A stretch of 58,508 nt of DNA, the filler included, from Candidatus Woesearchaeota archaeon (GTDB lineage: Archaea > Nanobdellota > Nanobdellia > Woesearchaeales > GCA-2685855): the NCBI GenBank assembly GCA_002685855.1. It is 3 parts of 3 records of this genome, joined end to end, with 100 filler letters (N's around TTAATTAATTAA, not from the genome) between each part and the next. Parts side by side here need not be neighbours in the genome. Positions count along the whole stretch, not along the records: positions 18,613 to 42,407 come from NYYS01000051.1; 2 more parts are not named here. The stretch is one strand, 5' to 3'. The position numbers and the translations under genes are program-made. The notes beneath the pieces were generated by a model that did not search any database, was not told where the DNA came from, and saw nothing but the letters and a program-made list of their open reading frames with translations. Position 1 is the first letter of the stretch. Each line of letters begins with the position of its first letter. Below are positions 19,362-28,812 of this stretch, in pieces.

Positions 19362-19462
19362 ATTCCGTTAAATAACGCCAAAGCCCTTTAATTCTTGTTC
19401 TGGAATATTTCAACATAGAATTATCTGCAAATATGAGAACATCGTAAACTCTAAACAGAAAA

Positions 19463-20860
19463 CTACTTCAAAACACAAAGCTCTCCAAACCTCTTCTCCG
19501 CCAACCGAATAAACTCATCCTCAACATCAACAGGAATATTTGCACCACAGGCAAACTGGTGTCCCCCAGCTTCTCCGCCAGTAACACCAACAAGATCCAC
19601 AACAATACTCTTCAAATCAATCGAAGGATCATTCCCCGTCACCCGAAGAGAAACCTTGGTCAACCCATCATCAGGATTCCGCGCAAGCCCCATAAGATAA
19701 AAACCATCCTCAAAATCACCTGACTTTGAAACAATACTCATAATCGTCCCAATAATCGTATGCAACACATCACTTCCTGCATTAACAATCATATAATTAT
19801 CCCCTCTCAAAACACGATCCCCTTTTTTATTCCGATGATACCATTGAATCCCCTTCACAATCATCCGTCGATAATCCTTCATATGTTCCAAGGCCTCCCG
19901 CTTCTTCACTGCATCATTCAAACACACACCCAACCCCAACTCCCCACGATCAAGCCTTCCACAAGCATTCAACAACGTACTAACCTCCTTTGCATCAGAA
20001 AACAATCCCGTCTCTCCAACAATCCGATACACATTCGTAAGAATATCCTCCGGCCTATCCAACCTCTGCCGCCGCATAACAATTCCAGCAATCAACCGAT
20101 CACGTTCCTCAACTGAAAGATCTGCATACTTCCGAAACCCACATCCATTCCTTACATCAATCCCCAACCCCTGTAAAAAAGCAACCGCTCCTGACTCATT
20201 ACCTGTAACCCCCGGAATCTTCAAATCACTCCCATACTCCAGTAACTTATGAATATCACGCGTCTGCAACCCAAACAACCGCGGACCCCGCTCCACAACA
20301 ATCCTCCCTCCTGCAACAGCATCAGCCAACAACTCACAATTCAACCCTGTAAACCCATCATTCTCCTGCACATCTCCAATAGCACCAATAATCGCAACAT
20401 GCGCCATATCCCTATTTCTGTCATCAACAGCCTTTGCAAAAAGATAGCTCACACCACTCCCAGAAATAGCCTTATCATCATCAATCCCGAATAAATGCGG
20501 ATTAAGCTGGTGAATCCACTCCTCTGCCTCCCCCTGAATATCATGATGATCCATAACAAACACAATCTTCCCCTTCAAACACCTATTCAATGCCTCGAGC
20601 TGCCCCGATCCAAAATCAGAAAACAAGAACACCTCATACTCCTCTCCTCCCATCCGCTCAATCAGATCCTCCTTCAACTGAGCCAGAATCTCAACATCAT
20701 ACTTCCTGCCATCCCGCTCCAGCATCCGGGCAAGAATAGCTCCTGCACTAATCCCATCAGCATCATAATTCGTAACCAGCTTAACCTTTTTATCCTTGGG
20801 AACCTTCCTAAAAACAGCAGAAACCCGATCAATAGCCTCTCTAAACTCCTCAAACGCCAT
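19463..20860 (-). CDS. Archaeal RecJ-like DHH phosphoesterase
   Basis: YDADG, SDFG, MDHH, GDVQE, NACGR, GGHQFACG (DHHA1). Confidence 0.9.
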   Translation of the reverse strand: MAFEEFREAIDRVSAVFRKVPKDKKVKLVTNYDADGISAGAILARMLERDGRKYDVEILAQLKEDLIERMGGEEYEVFLFSDFGSGQLEALNRCLKGKIVFVMDHHDIQGEAEEWIHQLNPHLFGIDDDKAISGSGVSYLFAKAVDDRNRDMAHVAIIGAIGDVQENDGFTGLNCELLADAVAGGRIVVERGPRLFGLQTRDIHKLLEYGSDLKIPGVTGNESGAVAFLQGLGIDVRNGCGFRKYADLSVEERDRLIAGIVMRRQRLDRPEDILTNVYRIVGETGLFSDAKEVSTLLNACGRLDRGELGLGVCLNDAVKKREALEHMKDYRRMIVKGIQWYHRNKKGDRVLRGDNYMIVNAGSDVLHTIIGTIMSIVSKSGDFEDGFYLMGLARNPDDGLTKVSLRVTGNDPSIDLKSIVVDLVGVTGGEAGGHQFACGANIPVDVEDEFIRLAEKRFGELCVLK

Positions 20861-21076
20861 AGAATATCAATTTAGCCCCCCTTTTTATGCTTTTGGATTC
20901 ACCCCCAAAACCCTGAAAAATCGCCCTCTCAGGCCCTCTTTTACCTAAATATTTATAAAGAGATAAGCGTTTTCTACCTTCAGTCGTCAAAGATTATGAA
21001 TTCTCAAGGATTCTAAACTTCAGAACAAAAAATCTGCAAGGATCTTTTGACATAGAGTACTAGGAGGATGAACAAC

Positions 21077-21343
21077 ATGGAAGGAAAAGTTAAGTGGTTT
21101 AATAGAGATAAAGGATATGGATTCATTGAAGGAGATGATGGCGAAGAGTATTTCGTACATCATTCAGCTCTAGCAGAAGGAACATTTTTAAGAGATAATG
21201 ATCGTGTTTCCTTTGATGCAGCAGAAACAGAGCGTGGAAAACAGGCACGAAACATTACCCTGCTCCAGAAAGGAAGCGAACTCGAGCAAGAACCTGAACA
21301 GGAAGCAGCACAGGAAGCAGAGTCAGAACCTGAGCAAGAATAA
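21077..21343 (+). CDS. Cold-shock domain protein with acidic tail
   Basis: GKVKWFN, KGYGFI (RNP1), FVHHS (RNP2); GGAGG SD favours start at 21077. Confidence 0.93.
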   Translation: MEGKVKWFNRDKGYGFIEGDDGEEYFVHHSALAEGTFLRDNDRVSFDAAETERGKQARNITLLQKGSELEQEPEQEAAQEAESEPEQE

Positions 21344-21464
21344 ATTCTACTTTTTGAGCAGAGTTTCTGCTCACTTTTTTTTCTTTTAATATTTGTTGTA
21401 CAATTCTTCTTACAAATTTTCAAAACATTAAAAAGCCACACTATGCTCCCAACACCTGATTCCC

Positions 21465-21701
21465 ATGTTCGGACTATATATAGAATATAAAGGAGAACGT
21501 CACAAGTTAGATAAAGGAGAGATTCCCGGACTCAGAGGCTGGGGAACCATCCGCATATATGAGGACTGTGGATTTGAAGCAAAAGGACTAGCACTATTTG
21601 TTACTCAAATGAACCTCTCCAATAAGGGATCTTCCACCTATATTAACGGAATCAATCTAGATGATTTAGTTGCCAACAAAGCCGAACAAAAGAGCAAGTA
21701 G
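21465..21701 (+). CDS. Hypothetical protein
   Basis: ORF preceded by TATA-like element; no motif. Confidence 0.5.
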   Translation: MFGLYIEYKGERHKLDKGEIPGLRGWGTIRIYEDCGFEAKGLALFVTQMNLSNKGSSTYINGINLDDLVANKAEQKSK

Positions 21702-21783
21702 AACTTTTCAAAAGTATTGAATTCAAGCTCAATCCACGAGGTATAGGAAAAGTTATAAATACCAATTAATTTATATTGTCTGT

Positions 21784-22523
21784 ATGAAGCTTAAAAATAA
21801 AGTCGCAATCATTACAGGCGCGAGTAGAGGGATTGGAAAATCAACCGCATTACTTTTTGCAAAAGAAGGTGCAAAAGTGGTAGTTAATTATTTTTCTTCT
21901 GAAAAAGACGCACTTTCTGTGGTTGATGAAATTAAAAAAATAGGTTCAGAAAGTATAGCTGTTAAATGTGATGTCTCAAAAGAGAATGAAGTAAAAGCAA
22001 TGATCCAAAAAACCATAAAAACATTTGGAAAAATTGACATTCTTGTTAATAATGCAGGGATAGTTTTTGATGTTCCCTTTTTTAAAAGAACTGTTGAACA
22101 ATGGAAACAAACCCTGGATATTAATTTACTAGGAACATTTCTATGTAGTAAATATGCTTCTGAACAAATGTTGAAAATAATTACGGAAAAATAATTAATA
22201 TTTCTTCAACAAATGGGATTAATAGTTTTAGTCCTGAAGCAATGGATTATGATGCTTCAAAAGCAGGAATAATAATCTTAACCAGAGATTTAGCAAAAGA
22301 ACTTGCTCCAAAAATTCAAGTTAATTCAGTTGCTCCTGGCTGGGTAGATACGGAAATGAACAAAGACCTGACAAAAGATTTTGTTAATAAAGAAACAGAG
22401 AAAATTTATCTAAAAAGATTTGCCGAACCTGAAGAAATAGCGAAATCCATTTTGTTTTTAGCTTCAGATGATGCAAGTTATATTACTGGAAGTGTTCTAA
22501 AAGTTGATGGTGGATATGATTGA
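21784..22523 (+). pseudogene. Short-chain dehydrogenase/reductase (FabG-like), frameshifted
   Basis: TGASRGIG and NNAG in first frame; GKIINISS, YDASK, PGWVDT in second frame; one missing A at 22174-22177 would rejoin them. Confidence 0.85.
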
Positions 22524-22616
22524 TATTCTGTATGTGGGAATGCTCAAGCTTAAACAGGGCCTCACCTATTCCAAAGAATCAATATTTATAAATATTATGA
22601 AAAAAAAGAAAAAACC

Positions 22617-23072
22617 CTATTCTACCTGCAACTTAATCCGTTCTGGATCATACTTCCAACTAACAGCCAACTTACCTGTCCGCTTGTAATACTTTGCAAG
22701 ACGATTAATCTTTGACTCAGTCAATTGAAGCCCACGCTTCCCAGGCATATCCTTATGATTCACTGCCATATGCTTTCTGATCAGAACAGCCTTCTTGATC
22801 AACGCCATCAGATCCTCTGGAATCTCCTTGAGCAACTTCCGTTCCGCAAGAATCTCGGTAACAGCCTTCTTTGTAATGAGTTTCACATCAGGAATACCAT
22901 ACACATCTCTAAGATATGTTCCAATCACGCTCGGACTCTTTCCTTCCTTTGCATACTTCACAACCAAAAGCTCCGCCTCCTTCCCCTTGTACTGTAGCCA
23001 GGTAGGCGCCTTTTTTTCAATTGGCTTTGTAGAGCCAGATACTCCTTTCTTTCTTGAATGCATTCGTGCCAT
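22617..23072 (-). CDS. rps15: 30S ribosomal protein uS15 (archaeal S15/S13e)
   Basis: MARMHSRKKG, LRDVYGIPDV, PEDL, LTESKINRLAKYY. Confidence 0.96.
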   Translation of the reverse strand: MARMHSRKKGVSGSTKPIEKKAPTWLQYKGKEAELLVVKYAKEGKSPSVIGTYLRDVYGIPDVKLITKKAVTEILAERKLLKEIPEDLMALIKKAVLIRKHMAVNHKDMPGKRGLQLTESKINRLAKYYKRTGKLAVSWKYDPERIKLQVE

Positions 23073-23180
23073 ATAATCACCTATAAGAAGAATCTCCTGT
23101 TCTTCTCGAGTAGAGATAAGCCGAAACCGATCTCTCTTGTACCCCTCAGAAATGCCACTTTATTTATAAAGCTTTTCCCT

Positions 23181-23744
23181 TTATTCGCTCACAACAAAGA
23201 ACAGGCTCTGCCCCTCTCCCCTCATAAAACAACGACATCCACAATCAGAACTACATCCACCAACCCCCTCCTCGCCCAAACATGCAGAACAACTCATACT
23301 AGCCTCAACCCCCGACAACCTTCCATCCTCTGAAGGCAAAACACCCTCCTTCTGAAACTGTTCAAACCCAGAAGACTCCACAAAAGAAAGAAAAACCCCT
23401 TGTTCTTCAACATCAAGATCAGAACTCTCCATAATATACTCCTTCATCTTCTCCTTTGCATCCGAAAGATCATTCCCAAACAGATACAGCTCAGAAATCA
23501 CCGGTTCAAAAGCTCTCCCCGCAATATTCCCCTGCTCTCCTAGGAAGAGACTATTTTGCGTAAGAAACGGCAGTACCAATACTCCAATCGCAACAACAAG
23601 AACAAGCACGTGAAGAAACCGCTTTCCCTCACCCGATTCACACCTCTTCTTTACACATCTCTTTCCTGTTATACCTGCTTTGGTATGAACTCCTTTCTTC
23701 CTCGTACCTCTTACCTTCTTTGCCTTTTTTCTAGCACCAGTCAT
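23181..23744 (-). CDS. Hypothetical single-TM protein with Cys-rich C-terminus
   Basis: Lys-rich N-terminus, TM helix, C-terminal CSAC..CSSDCGCRC. Confidence 0.6.
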   Translation of the reverse strand: MTGARKKAKKVRGTRKKGVHTKAGITGKRCVKKRCESGEGKRFLHVLVLVVAIGVLVLPFLTQNSLFLGEQGNIAGRAFEPVISELYLFGNDLSDAKEKMKEYIMESSDLDVEEQGVFLSFVESSGFEQFQKEGVLPSEDGRLSGVEASMSCSACLGEEGVGGCSSDCGCRCFMRGEGQSLFFVVSE

Positions 23745-23810
23745 AATTCATCAACTCTACACTACCAACAATCCTTTTTATATCTTCCGAAAGAATTGTA
23801 TTACCAACCT

Positions 23811-24086
23811 ATGACGAATCCACTTGAGAATGATGACAAAATAGAAAACTATTAATAGCGGTTGACTACGGAATTCCATGGGGGAAGTCGTGAGCCAACA
23901 ACCAGAACAAAAAAAAGATCCCTTTGAGATAGCAACACTCGGAGAAATACAGACACTCCCATCATCCCCGAAGAGATGTGGCAATTCAAACGCGGACAAG
24001 AAGGAGTCGGAAAAGCCTGCTACAACTGGCAACTCGAACAAACCTACCTCGACAGAGCAGTTGAAGAATTCAAAAAGGTTGCATAA
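23811..24086 (+). pseudogene. Possible disrupted small gene heading the guaB-purA operon
   Basis: ATG just after TATA-like TTTTTATA; protein-like segments in three frames; final TAA in frame with ATG, just before guaB SD. Confidence 0.3.
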
Positions 24087-24100
24087 AAACAGGTGAAAAC

Positions 24101-25600
24101 ATGTCCAAAAAAGAGTTTTTCAGGGAAATGGGAAGAACAGCACTCACATTCGATGACGTACGACTACAAACAGGCTATTCAAGGGTACCACCTCAACAGG
24201 TCAACCTCGAATCGAAATTCTCAAGAAACATCCCATTAAAAATTCCTCTTGTATCAGCAGCAATGGACACAGTAACAGAATATCAAATGGCAATAGCCCT
24301 GGCAATGGAAGGCGGCCTCGGCATCCTTCATCGCAACCTCTCAAAAAAAGAACAGGCAAAACAGGTCGCAAGAGTAAAAAACAGACTCAACGCACTGAAC
24401 GGCCTTAAGGACAAACCAATAACCGTACAAGAAGAGATGACAATAGAACAGATACTCCAGATGAAACACAGAAAAGACTTTCACTTCGACAGCTTTCCAG
24501 TACTCGATGAAAACAGGAAACTTGTAGGCATCCTGACAGGAAACGACTTTGACCTCTGTGATGATTACACTCTCACAGCAAAAGCAGTCATGAAAACAGA
24601 TCTCATAACAGTACCGACAGGAACACCTTTTGAAAAAGCCTACGAACTCATGAAAAAGGAAAGCAAAAAAGCAATTCCCATCATCAACAAAACAGGCGAA
24701 CTTGTCGGCCTCTATGTACATAAAGATCTTAAAGCAATCAAAGATGGAACTGCCAAAAAATATAATGTGGACAACAAAGGCAACCTTCGTGTTGGAGCAG
24801 CTGTAGGTGTAGGTGAGGACGCATTTGAACGTTGTGAACTCCTACTACAAAAAGGAGTCGATGTAATCGTTATCGACACAGCACATTCAGACACGCTATC
24901 AGCAATACAAACCGTCGAAGAACTAAAAAGAAAATACTCAGTAGACCTTGTTGTCGGAAACATCTCCCAACCAGAATCCGCAAGAAGACTAATAAACGCT
25001 GGTGCAGACGGCATAAAAGTAGGCCAGGGAGGAGGATCGATCTGCACAACAAGAGTCGTATCAGGGTACGGCCGCCCTCAAGTAACAGCAATCTACTGCT
25101 GTGCAGAACTTGCAAGACAATTCGATATCCCTGTCTGTGCAGACGGAGGCCTACGCTATTCAGGTGACATCCCCATTGCTATCGGAGCAGGTGCCCACTC
25201 TGTCATGATGGGAAAACTCTTTGCAGGAACAGATGAAGCACCCGAAGACATCATCTACTATCAGGGAAGACAATGGAAAAAATTCAGAGGAATGGGCTCC
25301 ATGAGTGCAATGCGTGAATCAAAAGGATCCCGAGATAGATACAACCAATCAGAAAAAGAGGAGGATCTTGTTCCTGAAGGAGTAGACACCCTCGTCCCCT
25401 ATAAAGGATCTCTCCACGCAACTATTGTTCAGCATCTCGGCGGCCTCAGAAGCGGAATGGGTGCAGTTGGTGCAGCAAACATAGAAGAACTCCAACAAAA
25501 AGCAGACTTCGATCGAATTACACAATCAGGACAAACAGAATCCCACCCCCACGATGTTCACATCATAGAAGAAGCCCCAAACTATTCTCCAGGAAGATAA
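24101..25600 (+). CDS. guaB: IMP dehydrogenase (with CBS pair)
   Basis: LTFDDV, SAAMDTV, GSICTTR (catalytic Cys), ADGG, RGMGS, flap DRY, PEGV. Confidence 0.95.
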   Translation: MSKKEFFREMGRTALTFDDVRLQTGYSRVPPQQVNLESKFSRNIPLKIPLVSAAMDTVTEYQMAIALAMEGGLGILHRNLSKKEQAKQVARVKNRLNALNGLKDKPITVQEEMTIEQILQMKHRKDFHFDSFPVLDENRKLVGILTGNDFDLCDDYTLTAKAVMKTDLITVPTGTPFEKAYELMKKESKKAIPIINKTGELVGLYVHKDLKAIKDGTAKKYNVDNKGNLRVGAAVGVGEDAFERCELLLQKGVDVIVIDTAHSDTLSAIQTVEELKRKYSVDLVVGNISQPESARRLINAGADGIKVGQGGGSICTTRVVSGYGRPQVTAIYCCAELARQFDIPVCADGGLRYSGDIPIAIGAGAHSVMMGKLFAGTDEAPEDIIYYQGRQWKKFRGMGSMSAMRESKGSRDRYNQSEKEEDLVPEGVDTLVPYKGSLHATIVQHLGGLRSGMGAVGAANIEELQQKADFDRITQSGQTESHPHDVHIIEEAPNYSPGR

Positions 25601-25615
25601 AAGAGAAAACGAAAA

Positions 25616-27373
25616 ATGAAAACAGCAACATCTGAACAACCAACACTTGAACTTGATCAAAGAGTCCTCGAAGCATCTGACTATTTAAGAACCTGTCTTC
25701 GAATACCCGAACTAGATTTCCCCATCAAAGCACGCTATGCAATCGCATCAGAACAGGAAGTCCTCCACCCCATCATCCATAACAACGACGTTATCGCAAT
25801 CGTCGGAGCCTTTTACGGTGATGAAGGAAAAGGAAAACTGATCGACGCAGTCGCACACCATCCTCTCATTCAACTAATCATGCGTGCAAACGGCGGAGAG
25901 AATGCAGGCCATACCGTCTTCCTGAATGGTGTTGAATACATCTTCCACCTTACCCCTTCAGCAATCCTCGTACCCGACAAAACCTGTCTCATCGGGCAAA
26001 ACTGCGAGATTGATCCCCTCACCTTTATGCCGGACGAAATCCAGCCATTACAAAAAGAAGGAATATCCCTCGACAAACTCTTCATAGGCAATGCACACAT
26101 CGTAACACCCTATCATAAACTCATGGACCTTATCGGAAACCCAAAAAACACATCCACACTTCGGGGAATGGGACCCTCCCATGCCTCAAAAGCCGCAAGA
26201 AAAGGACTCCGCCTCAACGACCTCTATCTCTCGGAAAAAGAACAGGCATGCTACCTCCTTGAGGACATGCGATCCTATGAGGGACTCCTTCACACTCTCA
26301 GCATATCCGAATCAGAACTCATTGATCGCTGTAGAGAACTCAACACATCCTTCAAACGCATCCCCGATCATGTCATCCAATTCCTCAGGGAAAAAGATAA
26401 AGTATCCTTCCTCATCGATCTCTACCAAAAAACAGTAACCACAAACAGCGACTTTCCCAAACAAGTCAACTCTACACAGCTCCTTAATGAAACACTCGAA
26501 CAAGGAAAAAAGGTTCTCCTCGAAGGATCCCAGGCACGCATGCTCTCAAACGCTGAAGGAACCTGCTGGAGAAAAAGCACCTCTGCAGACACAACAGCAG
26601 CAGGACTCATCGCAGCAGCAGGATACAATCCCACAAAATATGGAACCGCAGTAATTAACGTTGCCAAGTTCCCCTCTTCAAAGGTCGGTGCAGGACCAAA
26701 CCCGACAGCCTATGTTCCCCAAAACTTCTTTTCATCGAGGAACGTTGAAACACTCGATGACATCGTAGATGTATGTGATGACTTTGACGCAATCCAGAAA
26801 AAATTCTTTGAATCAATACGGGATAATGGAACAATGTTCGAATCAACCTATACAGACAAAGACGGAAGAACCTATGCAATCAGTGCAGCAATGGCAATCG
26901 CCTCCTCACGCCACCATAAAGAAAGAGGAGCAACAACAAAAAAACCCCGCATTACCGGACTCTTTGACTGTGTCGTCCATCACAGCGTCAACCAGGCACA
27001 AGGACCTCTCCTCGCAATCAATGCCCTTGACAGAGGAGACGACTACGACAACGTAGGAATCACCATAGCCTACATCGTCTACAGCCCCGAAGGCGAGCTA
27101 ACAGCAGATGGAAGAACCTATAAAACAGGAGACATCATCAAAGCAGGCCAACCCCTTCCAAACGAAACAGTACTCTCAAAATGCTACAAGATCATGCGCG
27201 TCCTCCCAGGCTGGAAAAAAACACCTCTTAAAAATCTAAAACCCACAGACCCTCTTCCCCCGGAAGCAGAACACTATATCGGAGCAATAAAACTCTACAC
27301 AGGAGCAGACCCCATCTCTATGGGGACAGGAACAGGCAACAAAGATATACACTATCTAAAAAGAACAAACTAA
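25616..27373 (+). CDS. purA: Adenylosuccinate synthetase, long divergent form
   Basis: GDEGKGK, NAGHT, LEGSQ, GATTKKPR, LPGW; 585 aa with N-terminal extension and insertions. Confidence 0.9.
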   Translation: MKTATSEQPTLELDQRVLEASDYLRTCLRIPELDFPIKARYAIASEQEVLHPIIHNNDVIAIVGAFYGDEGKGKLIDAVAHHPLIQLIMRANGGENAGHTVFLNGVEYIFHLTPSAILVPDKTCLIGQNCEIDPLTFMPDEIQPLQKEGISLDKLFIGNAHIVTPYHKLMDLIGNPKNTSTLRGMGPSHASKAARKGLRLNDLYLSEKEQACYLLEDMRSYEGLLHTLSISESELIDRCRELNTSFKRIPDHVIQFLREKDKVSFLIDLYQKTVTTNSDFPKQVNSTQLLNETLEQGKKVLLEGSQARMLSNAEGTCWRKSTSADTTAAGLIAAAGYNPTKYGTAVINVAKFPSSKVGAGPNPTAYVPQNFFSSRNVETLDDIVDVCDDFDAIQKKFFESIRDNGTMFESTYTDKDGRTYAISAAMAIASSRHHKERGATTKKPRITGLFDCVVHHSVNQAQGPLLAINALDRGDDYDNVGITIAYIVYSPEGELTADGRTYKTGDIIKAGQPLPNETVLSKCYKIMRVLPGWKKTPLKNLKPTDPLPPEAEHYIGAIKLYTGADPISMGTGTGNKDIHYLKRTN

Positions 27374-27455
27374 TAATACTAGTGTATATGTAAAAACTTA
27401 TGCCGATATTTATAAAAAAAAGATTATTTCTTTTACATGATAAGAACTGACAGAA

Positions 27456-27653
27456 CTATTTTTGAATAGTTGGCTTAAATACCTCTTGTAATGAGAACCG
27501 GGTGGTTGCCACATTTTTACTAAACGAAAGTATTGCATCTTCAATATCTTTTGAATCATGGCCTTTTTTAAGAAGATACGCTCTTAATTGTTTTTCAGAA
27601 TACCCTTGCGCTTCCTCTGATTTAATCCAATCAGCCAGCTCCTTATTCACCAT
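27456..27653 (-). pseudogene. Truncated hypothetical protein
   Basis: Short helical domain (LADWIK..GYSEKQLRAYLLKKGH); an extra A in the run at 27459-27463 would continue into KIVLSVLIM*, a TM start. Confidence 0.4.
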
Positions 27654-27850
27654 ATCCCCTATATAAAGGATATTCTATTTAAATACTTCGATTAAAGTTT
27701 TCATCTATTCAACAGGAGGAATAATGTTATGCTAAATACAGATATAAACTATTAAACTTTATTCCTAAGACTTCTAAACCCCTCCTTTTCCCCCCTCATT
27801 AAACAATACACTTAAAAACACCACCAACCCAATAAAACAGAGGTGATCAT

Positions 27851-28264
27851 ATGTGTTTTGAATGGTGCAAGCAAAATAAGGAAAGTTGGTATGCAATCTT
27901 TAGAATATTCGTTGGACTCATGTTTCTCCAACACGGACTCCAAAAAGTCTTTGGACTCTTAGGCGGAGTAGGAGGAGCATCTGTAGAACTCTTCACCCTA
28001 ATGGGTGCAGCAGGTATCATAGAACTCATTACCGGAATAACAATAACCCTGGGACTATTCACACGACCCTCAGCAACCCTGGCCGCAATAACCATGGCAG
28101 TAGCATTCATCTACGTCCACGCCTGGCAGGGAACAAGCTGGATACCTGCCCTGAACGGCGGAGAGCTCGCACTCCTCTACTTTGCAGCATTCCTCGTACT
28201 CGGAAGTTATGGTGCTGGAAAATGGAGTCTTGAGACAAAACTCTGGAAAAAGGAGAAGTTTTAA
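27851..28264 (+). CDS. DoxX family membrane protein
   Basis: RIFVGLMFLQHGLQK, GLFTR, NGGELALLY, GAGKWSL. Confidence 0.9.
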   Translation: MCFEWCKQNKESWYAIFRIFVGLMFLQHGLQKVFGLLGGVGGASVELFTLMGAAGIIELITGITITLGLFTRPSATLAAITMAVAFIYVHAWQGTSWIPALNGGELALLYFAAFLVLGSYGAGKWSLETKLWKKEKF

Positions 28265-28296
28265 TCCTTTTTTTTTCTTTTTTTGTAATAATTAGT

Positions 28297-28647
28297 TCAA
28301 ATACCTAACGCCCGCAGGATCTTATCAAGTTTTTCATTAATAGCATCTAGTTCTCGGGAAGACTGCTTCTCAGAACCACTATTCTCTTTTTTCTTAAAAC
28401 AGTCTTTACAAAACACAGGTTTATTTAAAGTTGGCTTGAAGGGAACTTCACATTCCATTCTACAAGAAGCACACCGCGCCTTCGTCAGCTGAAAACCCCC
28501 ACGATCTCTTCCACTCCGGGTAGAGCCTCTGCCTGTTTCTCTTCTTCTACGAGGTTCATCATCGAAGATTTTCTTGCGCTTATTAGGGGATCTATCTCTG
28601 AAATCTTTATTTCCTTTACGGTCTTTCGAACGATCAAATCTTGCCAT
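28297..28647 (-). CDS. CxxC-x17-CxxC zinc-ribbon protein with Arg-rich N-terminus
   Basis: CASC..ECEVPFKP..KPVFCKDCF; C-terminal INEKLDKIL; start moved to MARFDR. Confidence 0.85.
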   Translation of the reverse strand: MARFDRSKDRKGNKDFRDRSPNKRKKIFDDEPRRRRETGRGSTRSGRDRGGFQLTKARCASCRMECEVPFKPTLNKPVFCKDCFKKKENSGSEKQSSRELDAINEKLDKILRALGI

Positions 28648-28812
28648 AATTAAGTGGAGTGAGGATGTATTTATAAGGGTTTGTGAAGTTAGTTCATTTT
28701 CTGAATAAAAAATTAATATTTTCATAAAATACGCCCTACTTCAAGGCAGTCAGGACAACAAACTCACCCCAAAACAGAAAGGTTTTAATCCTTTCCCTTC
28801 TTCTTTTCTTTC

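Noticed and set aside
24101..25600. GMP reductase rather than IMPDH
   Set aside because: Flap Arg-Tyr dyad (DRY) and PEGV are present, consistent with IMPDH
25616..27373. PurZ (Z-genome) enzyme
   Set aside because: Keeps the PurA catalytic Asp (GDEGKG) rather than the PurZ Ser, sits with guaB, and has no phage context
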